From the NCBI GenBank assembly GCA_964016885.1, contig OZ024741.1:208258001-208322000 (forward strand): DNA of 64,000 nucleotides. The letters are read 5' to 3'. Positions 63,411 through 64,000 of the stretch are shown piece by piece. Each line of letters opens with the position of its first letter. Position 1 is the stretch's first letter. Below the pieces are notes generated by a model. It saw only the letters and a program-made list of their open reading frames with translations. It had not been told where the DNA came from and ran no database searches. Position numbers and translations under genes: made by a program. This DNA comes from Eledone cirrhosa. Taxonomy: Eukaryota.

Positions 63411-63524
63411 AAAAGAAACAGTGTAGTTATTAATAAAAAAGTTGAGATATATGCATACAAGATTTCACACCTCTAGTATTACGCTTCATCGTTTCACTCT
63501 ACCCTCGTATATATATATCATAAA

Positions 63525-63673
<149 letters not shown>

Positions 63674-63739
63674 TCTAGAATACTAAAATATTCTCTTTGT
63701 ATGTTCGTATATGTTCAATATTTGGCTGGAACAATTCAT

Positions 63740-63995
63740 TCTGCAGCAGGAAAATTTAGATCAGAAGACAAGACTATTCTCTTGTCAGGAGATTAAGCTG
63801 GAGTGGCCCTTATCTTGATTAAGTTAGCAAACGGGCCCTTTAGGTGTGGGCACCCATAAACGAATAAACGTACGACTTTTGACGTCAAGATTTATCATCT
63901 CACACGCTAAAGTCACGAGGGTACCGACAAGGATTCCTTTTATCAACAACTTCATGACGCAGTCAATGATTGAAACCAATAAAAGAATAAAGTCA
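63740..63995 (+). mobile_element. Possible decayed LINE APE-endonuclease fragment followed by a SINE-type 3' tail
   Basis: Broken translation ILLSG..GVALIL..KDSFYQQL; GCAGTCAATGATTGAAAC..AAAAGAATAAAG. Confidence 0.35.
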
Positions 63996-64000
63996 TGATG

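Overview
AT-rich, microsatellite-laden animal genomic DNA. The SINE repertoire suggests a cephalopod such as Octopus (inference). I found no host gene; the window is almost entirely decayed transposons: L1-Tx1-like LINEs of at least two families ending in (TTA)n or (CTAT)n, R4/Dong-like RLE retroposons, an internally deleted RTE, tRNA-derived SINEs, non-autonomous Helitrons, and a dense set of Penelope-like elements (PLEs). The PLEs include two near-complete Naiad-type elements, many short palindromic pLTR remnants and more than 10 hammerhead ribozymes (HHRs) folded by hand. The main observation is a covarying bulged hairpin, RYUC-stem-loop-stem-[2-nt bulge]-GARY, shared by sequence-unrelated PLE families. 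It lies downstream of the HHR, and element ends repeatedly fall 2-11 nt upstream of it, so it is a candidate RT-recruitment/initiation signal. All folds and alignments were done by eye.
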